From Callorhinchus milii (lineage: Eukaryota), in contig NW_024704742.1 of the NCBI RefSeq assembly GCF_018977255.1, positions 88,414,001 to 88,478,000 on the forward strand: 64,000 bases of DNA, given 5' to 3'. Shown here in pieces: positions 1-13,984 of the stretch. Both the position numbers and the translations under genes were made by a program. Under the pieces are notes generated by a model. The model made no database searches and was not told the DNA's origin. It was given only the letters and a program-made list of their open reading frames with translations. Position 1 is the stretch's first letter. Each line of letters opens with the position of its first letter.

Positions 1-118
1 GCTGTGGACCTGAAACGATGACTCACTTTCCTTTCTCCATAGATGCTGCCTGACCTGCTGAGTGTTCCCAGCGACTTCTGTTTTTGTTTCAGATTTCCAG
101 CATCTGCAGTATTTTGTG
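1..118 (+). mobile_element. Penelope-like element terminal-repeat remnant, truncated by the window edge
   Basis: cctgaaacg...ctccatagatgctgcctgacctgctgag...tttcagatttccagcatctgcag matches an abundant chondrichthyan Penelope-type terminal sequence (recognised from memory). Confidence 0.55.
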
Positions 119-3100
119 TTTTGTATTTAGAGGACTGTTGGCCAGGACATCACCAGTAGCGCTTGGTGGGTAGAACAGAAACAGAATAAAATAGGATCTC
201 TGTCTTATGTTGTCCATAGACCAGAGTAAGAATACTAAGTTAGTGTCTCTCCCTAAAATAATATTAATAATTCTTGCATTTGGTATAGCTCCTTTCACAT
301 CAGGAGGATGTTGCAAAGCACTTCACAGTATTTACTCTAAAGTGGAGTCGTCGTGTTCTTGGTAGGTGAACCCAGCAGCTCAGCTCAATGAAGTAGAATT
401 GAACCTGGCACCTTTGGTGTCTGTAAGGCTCGACTATTCAATGAGTAAGCTAGCCATCAGGAAAGTTATCCACCCTTACTGTTATTTATAACCCTTTCAG
501 TATTTCATATATTTTGAAGCTTTCAAAAAACACCCATTGTCGTGATGTAATATGCATGTCGTTTATTTTAGCATATTTATAGAATTTGTGACTTGCAGAG
601 AATCACAACCGATTTAATTTTGTTATTGAAAGAATGTAACAAAGTGAACCTTGTTCCCCTCTTTAATGTGATACAAAATACTTTTGTTGGCCTTGTTTTG
701 TGTTAAAATGCCAAAATATGCTAACTAGCCAGGAAAATTGAAACTGCAAAAAAACGTATTCTTTTCAAATCTTGAAACCAGCATGTTGCAGTCAGTTTGC
801 GAGGACTAAGGTTTAATATTACTTTCCTGAACAGCTTTGGCTCTTTGAGACACTCTGAAGCAGAGGAATAATACAATGATTGACAAGGCGTATCACAGAG
901 GTCCAATAGAGCAATGTTGTGAGTTGAACATTAAAATGGACACAATTATTTGGCTCGAAAAGCACAACTTGCACAAACATAAATTCTTGCAGCACTTGAT
1001 CGTACTCATTTAAAGGTATTAAATGTCTCAAAGGTAAATCAACTATTAATGTAGTAACTGTTTTTATAGGCAAATCCAGCACATATTTGAGCCAGCCAGT
1101 TCCCACAAATAGCCACACAGTGAACAACTAATTAATTTGAAGGATCGCTGGCCAGGACACAGGCAGAAACTCCCTTCTCTTTACGAAAGGCAACACTGGG
1201 ATTGCAAGATCAAAAGATACATTTGGATAAAGCAGGCCCTTCAGCGCATCTGACCTCATCCTTCCAGAACACCCGCCCTGCCATCCTTTCATGAAGAGCC
1301 ATTTAAATAAATGGACGGGAATCATAATTTAATGTCTCATTCAAAAGATGGCAACTCTGATCATACAATATTCCTCCAGTATTGTACTGGACTGTCAGCC
1401 GAGACGACAAGCTCAAGTCCTAACAGCCAATTTTGCACACAGCAATGTCCCACAAACAGTCATGAATTAAGTACCAATTTTACCTGAGGGCTTGTTGACC
1501 AGGACACCAGGAGGAATTCCCTTATCTTTTTGAATAATGCTATGGGATGTTTAACATCCACTTGAACAGGTAGCCGATGAGCTCAAGTGACCCACAAAGT
1601 TTAATTGAGTGAATAAAAGCAGCACCTGGTGCATTGCTAAGCAACACAGACAAGAAGGATATGGGTCCAATTTTCCTGGTCGGAGTTAGTTTATTTAATA
1701 CAAGGACAGTAGTTGTCCTTAGGAACCCAGGGAGAGGGGAAATCAGTCAAAGTTGCTTTGCCTTGAATGCTATCCAGTGATCTCTGATAGAAAGTGAGTG
1801 CGTGTGGATATGAGACAAGAACAGAATGAGGCTCAGCAGTAATTCCCTAGAACACTGAGAGTTTCTCTTTCCCAGTTCCTTGCCAACAACCACCCCAGAT
1901 AAAACTGCTCATTCTCTTCATGACTATTTGTGGGACAGACATTGCTGTGCGCAAATTAACTGTTGCAATCACCCACAAAGTACACAGTCACTACACTTTA
2001 TAGTAAATCCTGTGGTGCTATAACAAATAATAATCATTGATAATAGTCAGTAATAATATTTCATTCTGTTTTGGAACCTACAGACTTTCATTTCCGAGAC
2101 TAAAATGTGAGGAACGACCTTGTGGAGAATGATTATAATCATAATAATAATCCTTACATTTGATATTGTAAGGGGGATTCTACAGGGACACAGGGAGAAA
2201 CTATCTTCTCTTTTCAGGATTATTTTGGGCAATGTTCAAAAGAGTTACTAGCACATGAGAACCACTCCAATGAGAACCACTGAATTCAGAAGACGGAAGA
2301 AATATTAATAAGAAGTAGTTTAGAAAACAACTTGATTCTAAGATGATTGGGGCTGCAGAGAGGGGTGGAAATGCTTCATGAGATATTTTCTGTTACATTT
2401 TTCCCTCTTTAAGCGAAAAAAGTACGGGGAAGTTTGTAATGAAAAAGGGAAAGGGTTAGATCACAGAGTGTGATTAAAAAAAGTCTTCTAATACAAAATT
2501 ATAGGGAATACTGTGTAACGCTTCTCACCAATATGCGTCCTCATAAACGCCACCCATATAATAATGATATAACAACCATATAATGTAAACATATAATAAT
2601 GAGCCAAACTCAATGTGAGCATCACCCCACACATATTTAGTTAAAATCACTGTGAAAAGCCACAAAGTTGATAGAAGTGGCGAGATGCTTCCATTGCAAA
2701 AATTGTTCTTCTGAGGTTAACTCATAGCAGCACAGAGAAATCTTGGATTCACATTTGATAGTGTCATGTTTAAATTTCTGCTAACCTCTCATAACAAAAT
2801 GGACAAGTTTAATGTATTTGATCACATTGATGAAATATCTCAAAGCGCTTCACAGGATTTTACTATAAAGATTGTGCATTCATTTCTAGGCAAACGTGGC
2901 AGCCAATTTTGCACACAGCAATGTCCCACAAACAAGCAAGGAGTGAGTGACCAATTTTATTGTGGGGATTATTGACCAGGACACCGGGAGAAACTCTCTT
3001 CTCTTTTGAATAGTACCATGGGATCTTTAGTGTGAAAAAACATTTTGTACATCATTTCCAGCCAACAACTACAATTCTGTGCCAAGTAAGTGACAGAGAT

Positions 3101-6100
3101 CTGTCCTGTTAAGGCAACTCAGATTTGGACAGTGATTGAATTATTAAACTTTGAAATGATGTGTGGGAGGAGAACCATCCATGTATTGGTGAATTCTCTG
3201 TCTCACTTCCACCAGGTTTTGGCTGAACTTCTGTCATTCCATGTCCTCCATCTACCCTGAGTTAAAACAGGTGGAAATGCTCTGCACATTTGCGGAATCT
3301 GCCGATTTAGTTAATTATCCACCAGTAGGCCACTGACCACTACAAACTATACCAACCAGTACCTCAACACACACTCTGAAATCCCTAACCTTAGCTTTCA
3401 CTAGCCTGCACTTAATAATGCCTGCGATTATTTAAGGAGAGTGCATGAAATTCCAGGAACAGGGACATCTCCATGCATATGTGGCTCTATTAGTCTGGGA
3501 TGGATAATCTTAAACACAGCAATAGCTTTCTGCATGTGACAGACATCCAGTGAACAACTTCTCTACCCCCCCTCACAGGATCTTTAATATCTTTTTGAAA
3601 AACAAGAAGACAGGACCTTGGTTTAACATCTCATCAAAGTAAAACATCTAAGTGTCTTATCATCTGCCTGTGTTTGGGTGGGGTTAACACATTGGCTTGT
3701 GAAAACTGATGTGGAAAAAGCTCAGTTTCATACAATACTTAAATAATACGATCCACATCACATTACATGGGTGTGTAAAGCACTACAGGATACGCTAGAT
3801 GAAGGAAAGCCATATGGGAATAAATAGGAGCATTTAAAAAAGAGAGTCAAATACCCGGGTAATAAAGGTATTAAGATATATGGAAAAAGGGCTGGCCATT
3901 GGGATTAAATGATCTGCCAAGAGACCTAATAAGCTGTTGGAACTGGCTCAATGGGCTGAATGGCCCTCTCTTGTTCCTGTTTGCCTTTGTTCCTTTGGTT
4001 CCTAATGCAAAATTATCTTTGTCTTGTAATTAACAACAGGTTTGAGGCTGAGACAGCTCCCTCCTCGCCCTTAGCGTGGCTTTAGAGAATGCTTTCTCCC
4101 TCCAGCCCCTATCAAACTGATGATCCCCTGTACCATTGTCTTCAACTTTATTGATAAGTTTTTATTTCAGGATCTCAGCCGCTTAGACCAGTTATTTTTG
4201 TCAGAACCATCTTTTATCTTCAATTTCGCACACTATCCAGCAAAAAAGAGGGAAATTTAACACCCTTGATCTACCCACTGCCTACAATGCCCTGCCCAGC
4301 CTGAATCACAACTAAAAAGCTGCCAGCTTTTACTGAAGGAGTTAATTGAGTAAAAATTGTGTCAACTTAAGAGAGTCCGTACGCCAATAGTGGGCCTGTA
4401 GGACAGGGGTCATGTTGTCGGGTCAGTGAAGAGAACGGCCGGGGTGGTAAGAGGTAGCAGAGATAGGATGGAGCAAAGCCGTGGGAGGATTTAAAATTGA
4501 GGAAGTAGACCTTGAATTCAATCTGCTTCCAGGACAGAGCAGTACTCTCGATAATTAAACCTTCTTTTTGGTTTGCTCATGTAGTCTTCAAGTATATCCC
4601 AAAATAACCTATACACCCTTCAGCTATACCCCAAACACTGTTGGTCCATAGAAGAAGTAACTATGGGGTAGGAGAGTGTATGAAATGTAATAATAATCAC
4701 TGGATATAAGTATATACCTCGCTCTATTCATAAGCACTTTGAATATGATTGATTTGTCCCAGATCACGTTCTATGTATTTATTTCCTTCCCCTTTCCCTC
4801 CTCCAACAAGAAACAAATAGTTAAAACAATCAAAATGTATGTTTGTCTGCCATCGACTCTGCGGAGAAGAAAGTGAGGCAGAAGTTCAGGCAACAAAAAA
4901 AATTGGGTAGAGAAAGAAAGAATGAAAAAAGAGAGATGGCTAGCGATCAATCGAAAAAGTATTCTAACAGGAAGCAGACATATTCCAAGAGGATTCCCCT
5001 GCTCCCTTGGCTCCCATCACTAGTGCACATCTGCTTTATTGTTTCACCAGTAAAATCCAAGACAAACACCGACTCACAAAGTAGCCTTGAGACTGAAACT
5101 GTATTTTATAAAAACAATGTTCACAACTAAAGGCGACACAACTCACGATTACCTGGGGTTAGGCACACACACAGTCCAATGAGGTACTCGGAGCTGATGG
5201 GCACAACAAAAATAAAGCTATTTTTGTCGACGATGAAGCCAGATAGAGACGCTGAACTCTTAGAGCATTCTTTGGTTCGGATCACTTGCAGGGATTATGA
5301 ATTGCACATACAAATTGATCAGCCATGATGGATTTTAGAATCTCAGCTCTGATCCCTCCCTGGAGTAAGTCTGCCTGAGCACTTCAAACAACCCCAAACA
5401 TTACATATGGTGATCTGCCCCATTCATAGCATCTCCTGAGCCTAGTTAAAACAGAATCATCTTGGCTTCTGAACACTGGTCCTTGTCTATAACTGTATGT
5501 CCACCCTCACGGACGTGATTCAGCTCTCGATGTTGTCATTTCAGAAGCTCTTCCAAACGCAGCAAAAATATTTTTTATATTTATTGCTTGGGAAAATAAA
5601 CAAATATAAGAAAATGTATTTTCCAGATTCCTTTATTTTCCAAAATGAACTTGNAAAAAAAACTAATTTCTGTTTTGTCAAGACTTTTCTCGAGCAGCTA
5701 ATTTAACAGTAACATAAAGAGAGCAAAGTTGTAACTTGCCTTTTTAATCTGATTGTTTCAATGAAAAAATGTTGCATTTCTTCAAGTGCTTCCCAATGTT
5801 TACAACAACAACTTGCATTTATGTGGTGCCCTTCAACGGGCAGTGTCTTGGAGCACTTAAATATGTTTATTCACAAAGGTTAAAGCAACCCTATGATACA
5901 ACAGCACACCATTGCTGTCCATGTGAAATATTGCAAAATGGTTACAGTATTTTATTTCATTTTTTTTAATAGAAAAGTTAGGTGAAATCGTAAAATCACC
6001 TTGAACCATTTCCTATTGCAAACTGCACTATGGAGGTCAGCGTGGTGCCTTTCCACAAGAGTTTCTGCAGGAGATTGCTCCTGGGGTTCAGACTACTTAA

Positions 6101-6714
6101 AGTTCCTTAATATATGACACCACTCCTTTAGCAAGAAGGAAACCATTACTGTGGGCTAAGATTTAGCCTGCTCCATTTGGTAACTTACTTGAATGTGTCC
6201 CTGTGCGCCTGTAAATTACTGTAGTGCCATTTTATGTGTAGAATGTGATTTCTGTCTTCATAATGTAGTGTTATTTATACGTTAAATATGCCTTGGTTAT
6301 TTTTAAGCGCATAAAGGAATTTGAAAAACTTACTGAAAGGAAACAGAATAGTGGTTAGCTCATACAAGCAGATTTGCTACCTGGAGCACACAAAAGAGGA
6401 TTAGTCCCCAGCGTGAGCTGTGTGAATGAAAGGCCTGCTCCACTACATTTTCAAGTTGCATCCAATGAGAATTTATCATTGATTTGAATCAGTATTGTTA
6501 GTATAGACACAAAAGCAAACAAATCTACAGCTGATGCAGAAGAAAAACACCTGCTATTTCAGAGACTGCAGATTTCACTGGTATAAATGATACCAGCACA
6601 CAATAGTCAGAATACACACAAGCTGTTTACACTGAAGCCTGTGTCTAGCTCCTGAAGGATTTCGGAAACCGACTTCTGATGCAGGGTTTTTCATACTGAT
6701 TTTATATAACCAGA

Positions 6715-7020
6715 AGTTAGCCTGGCTCACTTGGTAGCTCTCTTGCCTCCAAGTCAGAAAGTTGTGGCTTCACATCGGACTTTGGGTTTACAGCCCAGGC
6801 TTACAACTTTGGGAGAGTGCTGCATTGTCAGAAGTGCCGTTCTTCAGATGAGACATTAAACTGAGGTCTCATCTATCTGTTCAAGGTGGGGGACATTGAA
6901 ATTTCCACAGTACTATTCAAAAAGAGAGGAGAGCTTCTCTGGATGCCCATATACAATTAGTCTTCACCTCATGTCTGTTTTGAGAATGTTTCTGTTCACA
7001 GTTTGTTTTTGATCAGCTGG
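6715..7020 (+). mobile_element. Deu-domain SINE, head and body
   Basis: Head plus gtgctgcattgtcagaagtgccgttcttcagatgagacattaaactgagg. Confidence 0.7.
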
Positions 7021-8442
7021 GCAACTGACACATGTGGAAAACCATTACTGTGCTCAAGGGGATCTGAACCAGACTGAGAATTCCACATATGTATGTATGC
7101 CACTTATTCTTGGAAATTTCCCTAAGTCTGGAATGGAATGCACACTCTTTCCCTGGAGAGATGTGCCATTCTTACAACAACAAAATTACATTTGTATAGC
7201 GCCTTTCATGTCGGGAGGACAACTCAAGGTCCTTACCTAATTCCGGAGAGTATTAAGCACAGGTTGAGGACCCAATAGTGTGTGTTAGAGTTTGAACAGT
7301 TAAAGCCTCATAGCTTCTTATTGAGAGCACTGTCTGGCAAGCTTCCCAATGCTTGTTCAGGTAGGACCACACTAACTAACTGTTCAGAAATGAGTGGGAA
7401 GAAACCCTGCCGCTGCCCTTGGGAATTTCTGCTCCTAAACGTCCTGCTATCAAGGTTGGCTGCTTAGTCTGTCATCAGCAGTGTGGGGTATTATGGATCT
7501 GTCTGGCTCGGGAACCAGACTACTGAGACCATCTCAGACAGCTGAATGATTCCCAACATTCCACTGCCATCCACAACACCTTACAGCCAGCTCGGCTTCT
7601 GCTTACCTTCTCCCGGGGAGGACAGTTATCAGTTGGTCACAAACTGGTTGCTACATTCACCAAAAATAAACAGTTACTACACTTTAGTCAAATGACCAAC
7701 TAGTGACTATCCTCCTTGGGTGGGGTCTCCTTCAAACTAAACTGGCTCCAAAGTGATATTTTTGTCAAGGGAATGTCAAAATCGAGCCAGCCCTCTGTGG
7801 CTGGCTACCTTGTCCAATTGCTGAGCCAGGTGGGTCTGCAGTACGCCAGGCACTTTACTACACTTTACGGAAAACTGCAAAGTGCTTTGAGATGTAATAG
7901 GCACTAAATAGCCCTTCAAAAAATTTCGAGTTGACCTCCACACATATGCAAACTGACTTAAGGAGCAGTTTTGGGATGTCCACTTGTCAATAACAATCTC
8001 AGAATCAGGAATAATCCCGCTCCCAGCCTTTAACCAGACGACATCTGGAGGTCATTGTGATATTTTTGCTGAGATATGTAGTACCTGTTATGTCCCAAGG
8101 TGTTTCACAGAATATATTGTAAAGTGCAGTTAGTGACATTATATTTAGTGGGTGAATGCAGTAGCCAATATGCGCACAGTATTGTCCCACAAACACCGAT
8201 GACGTTGTATGAAGGAAGTTGCAGTAATACCTAAGCTGAGTTGAATCTGAACCTTACACCTTTACAACTTAGTAATTATAGCATCTACTTGCAAAGCATG
8301 CAGGTGGATGAATGGATGGGCAGGAGGATGGGGACTCTTTTGCGACTGAATCTTGAAGTGAGATGCATCAATGACCGAAATTATGAGATTTTCAATTCTC
8401 TACGGTCTAAAAGTCCACCAAGGGAATATTATAAGGCCCTTA

Positions 8443-8676
8443 GGGAGAAATTCTCCTGGGTCTAGATTTACTCTATTTATGTAAGATTTCAAGAGCATCC
8501 AAAATTAGGCACATTGTTGAATTCAGTCTTAATGTTGAAGCTGTTCTTCTGTCATTCTAAAAGAACTGACAGAGAAACAGCTTCAAAATCGAGGCTATAT
8601 TGAAGAAGTTGCTGAATTCTGGGCACTCTACAATGCTACATTAGAGTAGATCTGGATCTGTTGGAATTTTTCCTCC
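8443..8676. mobile_element. Palindromic MITE-like element, best-preserved copy
   Basis: Termini ggagaaattc..gtctagatttactcta and tagagtagatctggat..gaatttttcc are inverted. There is a central palindrome at 8535-8586. Related copies lie at 31789-31980, 44498-44720, 52530-52758 and 54137-54329. Confidence 0.78.
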
Positions 8677-9502
8677 ACCTTATTTCTTCGTTCTGCTAAA
8701 TATCTTAATAATAGAGCCTTTCACTTTGGAATGTTTGCCCTGTAGAAAAGTTGAAAGCAGATCCACTGAAGAGCCTCATGAAATATTAAATAGTTTGCAG
8801 GCCAAAACCTAAAGTGTAGCAGCGGGACATTGATCCCTGGAGCACGTGCACAGACAAATGAATAAGAATTGAAAGAAGGATGGTTAATTATCAAAAACAC
8901 CCTGCTAGATCCCATTCTCCAAATGCACTCCATCAATAATATTGACTTGTTCTATGGACTGGCTCAGCACCACATTGCCAGTACTGTAAATGCCCATTTA
9001 CTGTTGGTCTGGGTGATTCAGAGTGGAAGTCAGAATGGAGCCTGAGGGTTGAGGGTAAAACAATGTGAGGAGTATCATAAAGAGTGGAGGGAGCATCCAC
9101 TCCCCTGGTGAAACCTTTGACACTGCTTCGTCTTTGACACTCACGAATGAGTCCAATATCTTTTAAGATATTTTGAATAAAGCAAATTGTAAAAGATCCA
9201 TCCAACCTATTTACTCTTAGGCGCTCTGAGATGCTACACCTTGTGTGTGTGTGCGTTTGGGGGTGTGGGGGGAGCGTGGGGTGGGGCGTTATATAATTGC
9301 AAGTTGTTGTATTCAACCATGCCCACCCTCCCTTCTACCCCTCTATTTCCCACTTTGCTCAGGTTAGCCACACAGTCCTTGTGAAGTGCTTTGAGGTGTT
9401 TCTTCCAAAATGCAGTCAGTACATTTTACAGTAAATCCTGTGAAGCACTTTGAGACATCTTCCTTATTCGGAAGACTTGATATCAAATGCAAGGATTAAT
9501 AT

Positions 9503-9640
9503 TACAGTCAAACCTGTTCAAGCAACCACTTCCTTCAGCAAAAAACCTTATTAACAACCACTTTGAAACAGCCCGAACAGATTTTGTGTAATAGCCTCTA
9601 TTCAGCAACAACCTGTCTTATGCAACCAGCGGCCACTCTT
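9503..9640 (+). mobile_element. Possible Tc1/mariner (pogo/Tigger-type) non-autonomous element end
   Basis: TA|CAGTCAAACCTG terminus with repeated caaccac-like sub-terminal motifs. The other end was not found. Confidence 0.42.
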
Positions 9641-10589
9641 TTATACCTTTTACATCCTGTGCCTTTGCACGACACCCTTTTCAGGCGGTCAGTTCTTTAT
9701 ACATTGATTAATTGAGACAGATTCACAGAGTAGATTAAGCGGCACCAACACAGGTAGGGATGACTTTCACACACTGATGGCTCATGGACGTATATAAAAG
9801 ATGGCGTTATCATCGTTAGATCAATGCTAAGTGTATACTATACATAGTGTTAGATTAATGCTAATGTTGTACTATTAACAGGACAACAAATATGTTACAT
9901 TAATGGAACATGAAATCCACTGTGTGTAAATTTCAAAGTACTTCCTGTAGATGAGGAGTACATTATAAAACACATTTTCAATGTATCAAGGAATCCTCTC
10001 TTCAGCACAATGCCTGGTTCTGCTATGCTTCTTCCATTCGGCCACTGTGGTGACTTATATTGCAGTCAGAAGCCAGAAAAACATTGTCGGTGGGAGTGCT
10101 GGACTCACTTGGGAGCTGATCCGGAACCAGTAGACACCAGGAATTCCAGCACATTGTATGTGTGCCAGGATTAACGTTCCCAGGATCAATCTCACCTGTT
10201 AATTTTATTAATGTGGAAAATGCAAAAGCAAAAGGAGAAGATTGCAGGAAACACTTTATGTCCAGGTAATATTTTTAAAGCTGCTGTCATTCATAAGAAC
10301 ACAAGCGAGCATGGAATGAGAAAAGACCAAGAATCCAAGGACTGTGCACAATTACCTAACATAGTCGGGGAGAGGCCACTAACCATGGGTAAACCTTGGA
10401 GGAGACAATGCTCAGAAAGATTAAAGAATACTGCAGGGCACCGTTCCAGACTATCAAGCCACATTTACATTGCTGACAATTCACATTCCTCCGATAATTC
10501 ACCTTTAGTTCCAGCAGCGCCTAAAGCCTTGTTTTCCACAGGCTGGTTGAGCATCTGTGCCTGATATTCTTACAAACTTCAAATCCAGT

Positions 10590-10995
10590 TGTGCTATGAG
10601 GAGAGGCTGGAGAGTTTAAGGGGCCTTCCCATTATAACACAGCAGGGTGACAGAGGTGTTCAAGATAACGAAAGGGTTTCAGAAAATGAATTGTAGTAAA
10701 AAAAACTCTTTCTGCTGGTAGGGGATTTGAGGACAAGAGGGCGTGAAGAGGTTCGGAAGAACTTCTTCACCCAGAGGGTTGTCGATGTGTGGAATGATTT
10801 GTCAGGCGCGGCTGTTAGGGAATTTGATTGGAGGCATTAAAAAAAAATTGGACACATAGACGAAGAGGATTTCAGAGTACAGGGAAAGAGCAGGGAATTG
10901 GGATTAGAATGGTTGTTTTTTGGAGGAGTAAACACCAGCACAAAATAACGGGGCAAACAGCTTCCTACTGTACCACGTGTTTCTAAGGTTCTGTG
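10590..10995 (+). mobile_element. CR1 3' fragment
   Basis: tatgaggagaggctggag...aacttcttcacccagagggttgt...tggaatg (YEERLE / NFFTQRVV region). Confidence 0.78.
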
Positions 10996-11504
10996 GTGTT
11001 GAACATCAATGTGAACCATAATGGAGGAAGCTTCACTTTAACACAGTACCTGGGACTCAGCGTGTCTTGCACTCAGGCCAGATATCTATCTTAAGACACA
11101 TTTGCTGCTGAATTAGTCCTTAATGTCAAATAATTCTGGTGGATAAAGTACAGCTAGCCAATGAACTAAATGGTATGAGTGATACACCTTGCATCACTCA
11201 TGCCAAGATATCACTAAACCTGGGAATAATGTTGCAAACTTGACGTCAAACTTTCCTTGTCACTCCCTCACTGAAGAAATGATTATAATAACAACCACAA
11301 CAACATAATAAAGCACAGCTCAAAATGCCTTTTCCATGGTCACTAAAGCAATCAACAGATGACATACTTGTCAGGTTTTGTAAACGTCATGCGCAAACTC
11401 AGCTTCTCAAAATTGCTGTAAATTTTGAGCATTGCTGTACGTCCTACACTGTTAACTGCAACTTGCTCTGCCTTTCCAAGCGTAACCAATAAAGAAATAA
11501 CTTT

Positions 11505-12310
11505 TTTTTGCTTGCATTTGATATTTGATATAGTGTCTTTCACATGGGGAGGACATCCCTTGTGTTGCACTCTCTCACTTGGTAGCACTCTCTCCTCTGA
11601 GTCAGAAAGTTGCGGTTTCTCCTGGTGTCCTGGCCAACAATCCCCCAGGTAAAATTGGTCAACATGGCTGTTTGTGGAATGTTGTGTGCACAAATTGCCT
11701 ACCACGTTTGTCCACAAAACACACAGTCACTGGACTTCACAGTGTATCCTGTGAAGTGCTTTGAGAAGTACTCTGGATGTGAAATGTGTGATACCAAATG
11801 TAAGATTCCATTATTATTATCTCAAAGCACTTCACAGGAGTCCTGTAAATACACAGCGTAGTGACAGTGTATTTTGTAAGCAAACTTACATTCTTCTTAG
11901 TGCCCTATCACGTTGAAACATCCCAAAGTGCTTTAAAGTAATTATGGGTGAGTGTCCTGACTGTTTTTTTATTGACAAATGTGTCAGCTATTTACTCCAG
12001 CAAGATATCACAAACACGAGTTGAATAACCAATTAATCTGGAGGCTTGTTGGCCAGGACACCGGGACAAATTCTCTTCTCTTTGATAATAGTGTGATTGG
12101 ACAGTTATTCTCCTGCTGAACAGATAGTTTCGCCCACAAAATATACAGTCAATTCACTTTACAGTATATTCTGTGAAGCGCTTTGAGACGTCTCGAAGAT
12201 GTGATAAGGTGCTATATCAAATGCAAGGATTATTATTAAAGACAGGATCTCAATTTAATATTCTTATCCAGAGAATGATACCCCAAACAAAGCGGATTCC
12301 AGCACTATGA
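11505..12310. mobile_element. Cluster of nested SINE fragments in both orientations
   Basis: At least four tail or body fragments of the families above. Confidence 0.7.
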
Positions 12311-12924
12311 GTTCAAAGGTTCTTATTTGCGGGTTGGGTTAACCATGGGCTAATGCATACAGGTGCCCTTAATTATATGCAATTCAGAACTGATTATACG
12401 AAGAATTACACAATCACCAGTAATCCTTTGCATTGGCTGGTATTTACTTAATTGAAGTAATTTCATCTGTACACACGTGTTTGCACATAGTTAAACCCAC
12501 AAGACTAGACTGGACTGGTCTAACCTCAAACTAGACTAGTCCAGATCTCCACATATACTCCAATGGATGGCACACTATGTGGACGAGTTTTCAGCTGTAC
12601 TGAGGCTCATTCGGCTTATTATCATCATCATCAAAAATTCAAAAACTCATTCAGGTCATCATCATCATCAAAACCAACAACTTGCATTTATATAGCAACC
12701 TTCAAGCTAGTAATGTCTCAGAGCTCATCAATTAATTTCAGAGGAATCTCAATCCGTATACAAAAGAGAAGGGAATGAAGGAATATAAGGGAAGGCTGGG
12801 GAATTAGGATTAACTGAAGTATGGTATAAACAGCAGCACGAGTAGTTGGGCCGAATGGCCTCCTTTGGTGCTGTAGATCCTACATTTGTAATTCTATCTA
12901 TATGTATTTATATATGTAATTAAA

Positions 12925-13714
12925 TGCCCACCCTTGCCCGGCTCTACTGGCTTCCCATCCCTCAGATGACAGAGTTCAAATTCGTCGTCCTCGCCTTCAA
13001 GGTTTCCACAGCCTTGCTCCTTCCTACTTCCGTGACCTGCTAATGGCATATCAACCTGTCCGCTCCCTCCATTCAGTATACGCTGGACTGCTTCACGTCA
13101 CCCGCCTGGCCCACCTCACCATTGACGGTCGGGCCTTCAGCCTCTCTGCTCCCACCTATCTCACAGTCCCTTTGTCTTGCTCCCTCCCTTGCTTCCTTCA
13201 AAGCACGTCTCAAGACCTTCATTTTCGACCGCACCTTCGATCAGACTCCTACCCCTTCCTTCTCTGCCTTCTAGCCATCCTGATTTCGGAGTCCTGTAGC
13301 TCAGTGGTTAGAGCACTCGCTTTGCAAGTGAGAGACCTGAGTTCAATTCCAGGCAGGGCGAAACCTTGGGCAAGTTTCCTTACTCCACACAGAGCCTAAT
13401 AATAATCCCTCCAAAAAAAAACAAACAATAATTAAATTGGTCATTTTCAATCTCCGACTGTTTGTGGGACATTGCTGTGCGCAATTGGCTGCCGCGTTCG
13501 CCCACAAATATACAGTCAATTCACTTTACAGTGTGTTCTGTGAAGCGCTTTGGGACGTCCTCCCGACGTGAAAAGCGCTATATCAAATGCAAGGATTATT
13601 ATTATTATTATTATATATATTGCAACCCACTGCTCAGGTCCAAATCCCTGATTGCCCAGTCACTTGGGGCATCCTCCCGACGTGAAAGATGCTTTACAAA
13701 TGTAATTTGTTGTT
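12925..13714 (+). mobile_element. L2 3' fragment split by the SINE at 13288-13614
   Basis: ctctactggcttcccatc...ttcaaattcgtcgtcctcgccttcaagg; the L2 tail resumes at 13620-13714. Confidence 0.78.
13288..13614 (+). mobile_element. Young tRNA(Ala)-derived SINE, short variant, inserted in an L2 3' fragment
   Basis: A box TAGCTCAGTGG, anticodon arm ctcgc-tttgcaa-gtgag (TGC), B box GAGTTCAATTCC, CORE-like ccttgggcaagtt segment, Deu-type 3' body, stem-loop tail and (ATT)n. Confidence 0.9.
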
Positions 13715-13984
13715 AAATTGTAATATTTGTTATTTGCAATTCTGAGTTAATCACTCAGTAATTGGCTTAAGTGGTGTTTCTGGATTGCTGGCAAGCACCA
13801 AGAGCTCTCACTGTGTTAAACCTGTGTTATAATCTGATTTTAATTTCACATGATGGCCTCTAGAGTGTGGCAATTTCAATATGATTCCTCAATAATGACT
13901 CTTGAGTTTCAAAGGCGGAAACCTTCCAGTAACCAAGGGATGCCGACCTAAGAGAACTCTACTCTGAAGGGATCTCCTTCCAGA

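Noticed and set aside
10211..10564. 117-aa ORF
   Set aside because: No recognisable homology or exon structure, and it is antisense to the host gene.
12510..12544. 13-bp hairpin
   Set aside because: Too short and built from low-complexity gacta/gactg units.
13288..13362. tRNA-Ala gene
   Set aside because: It lacks a proper acceptor stem and is fused to a SINE body in multiple copies, so it is a SINE head.
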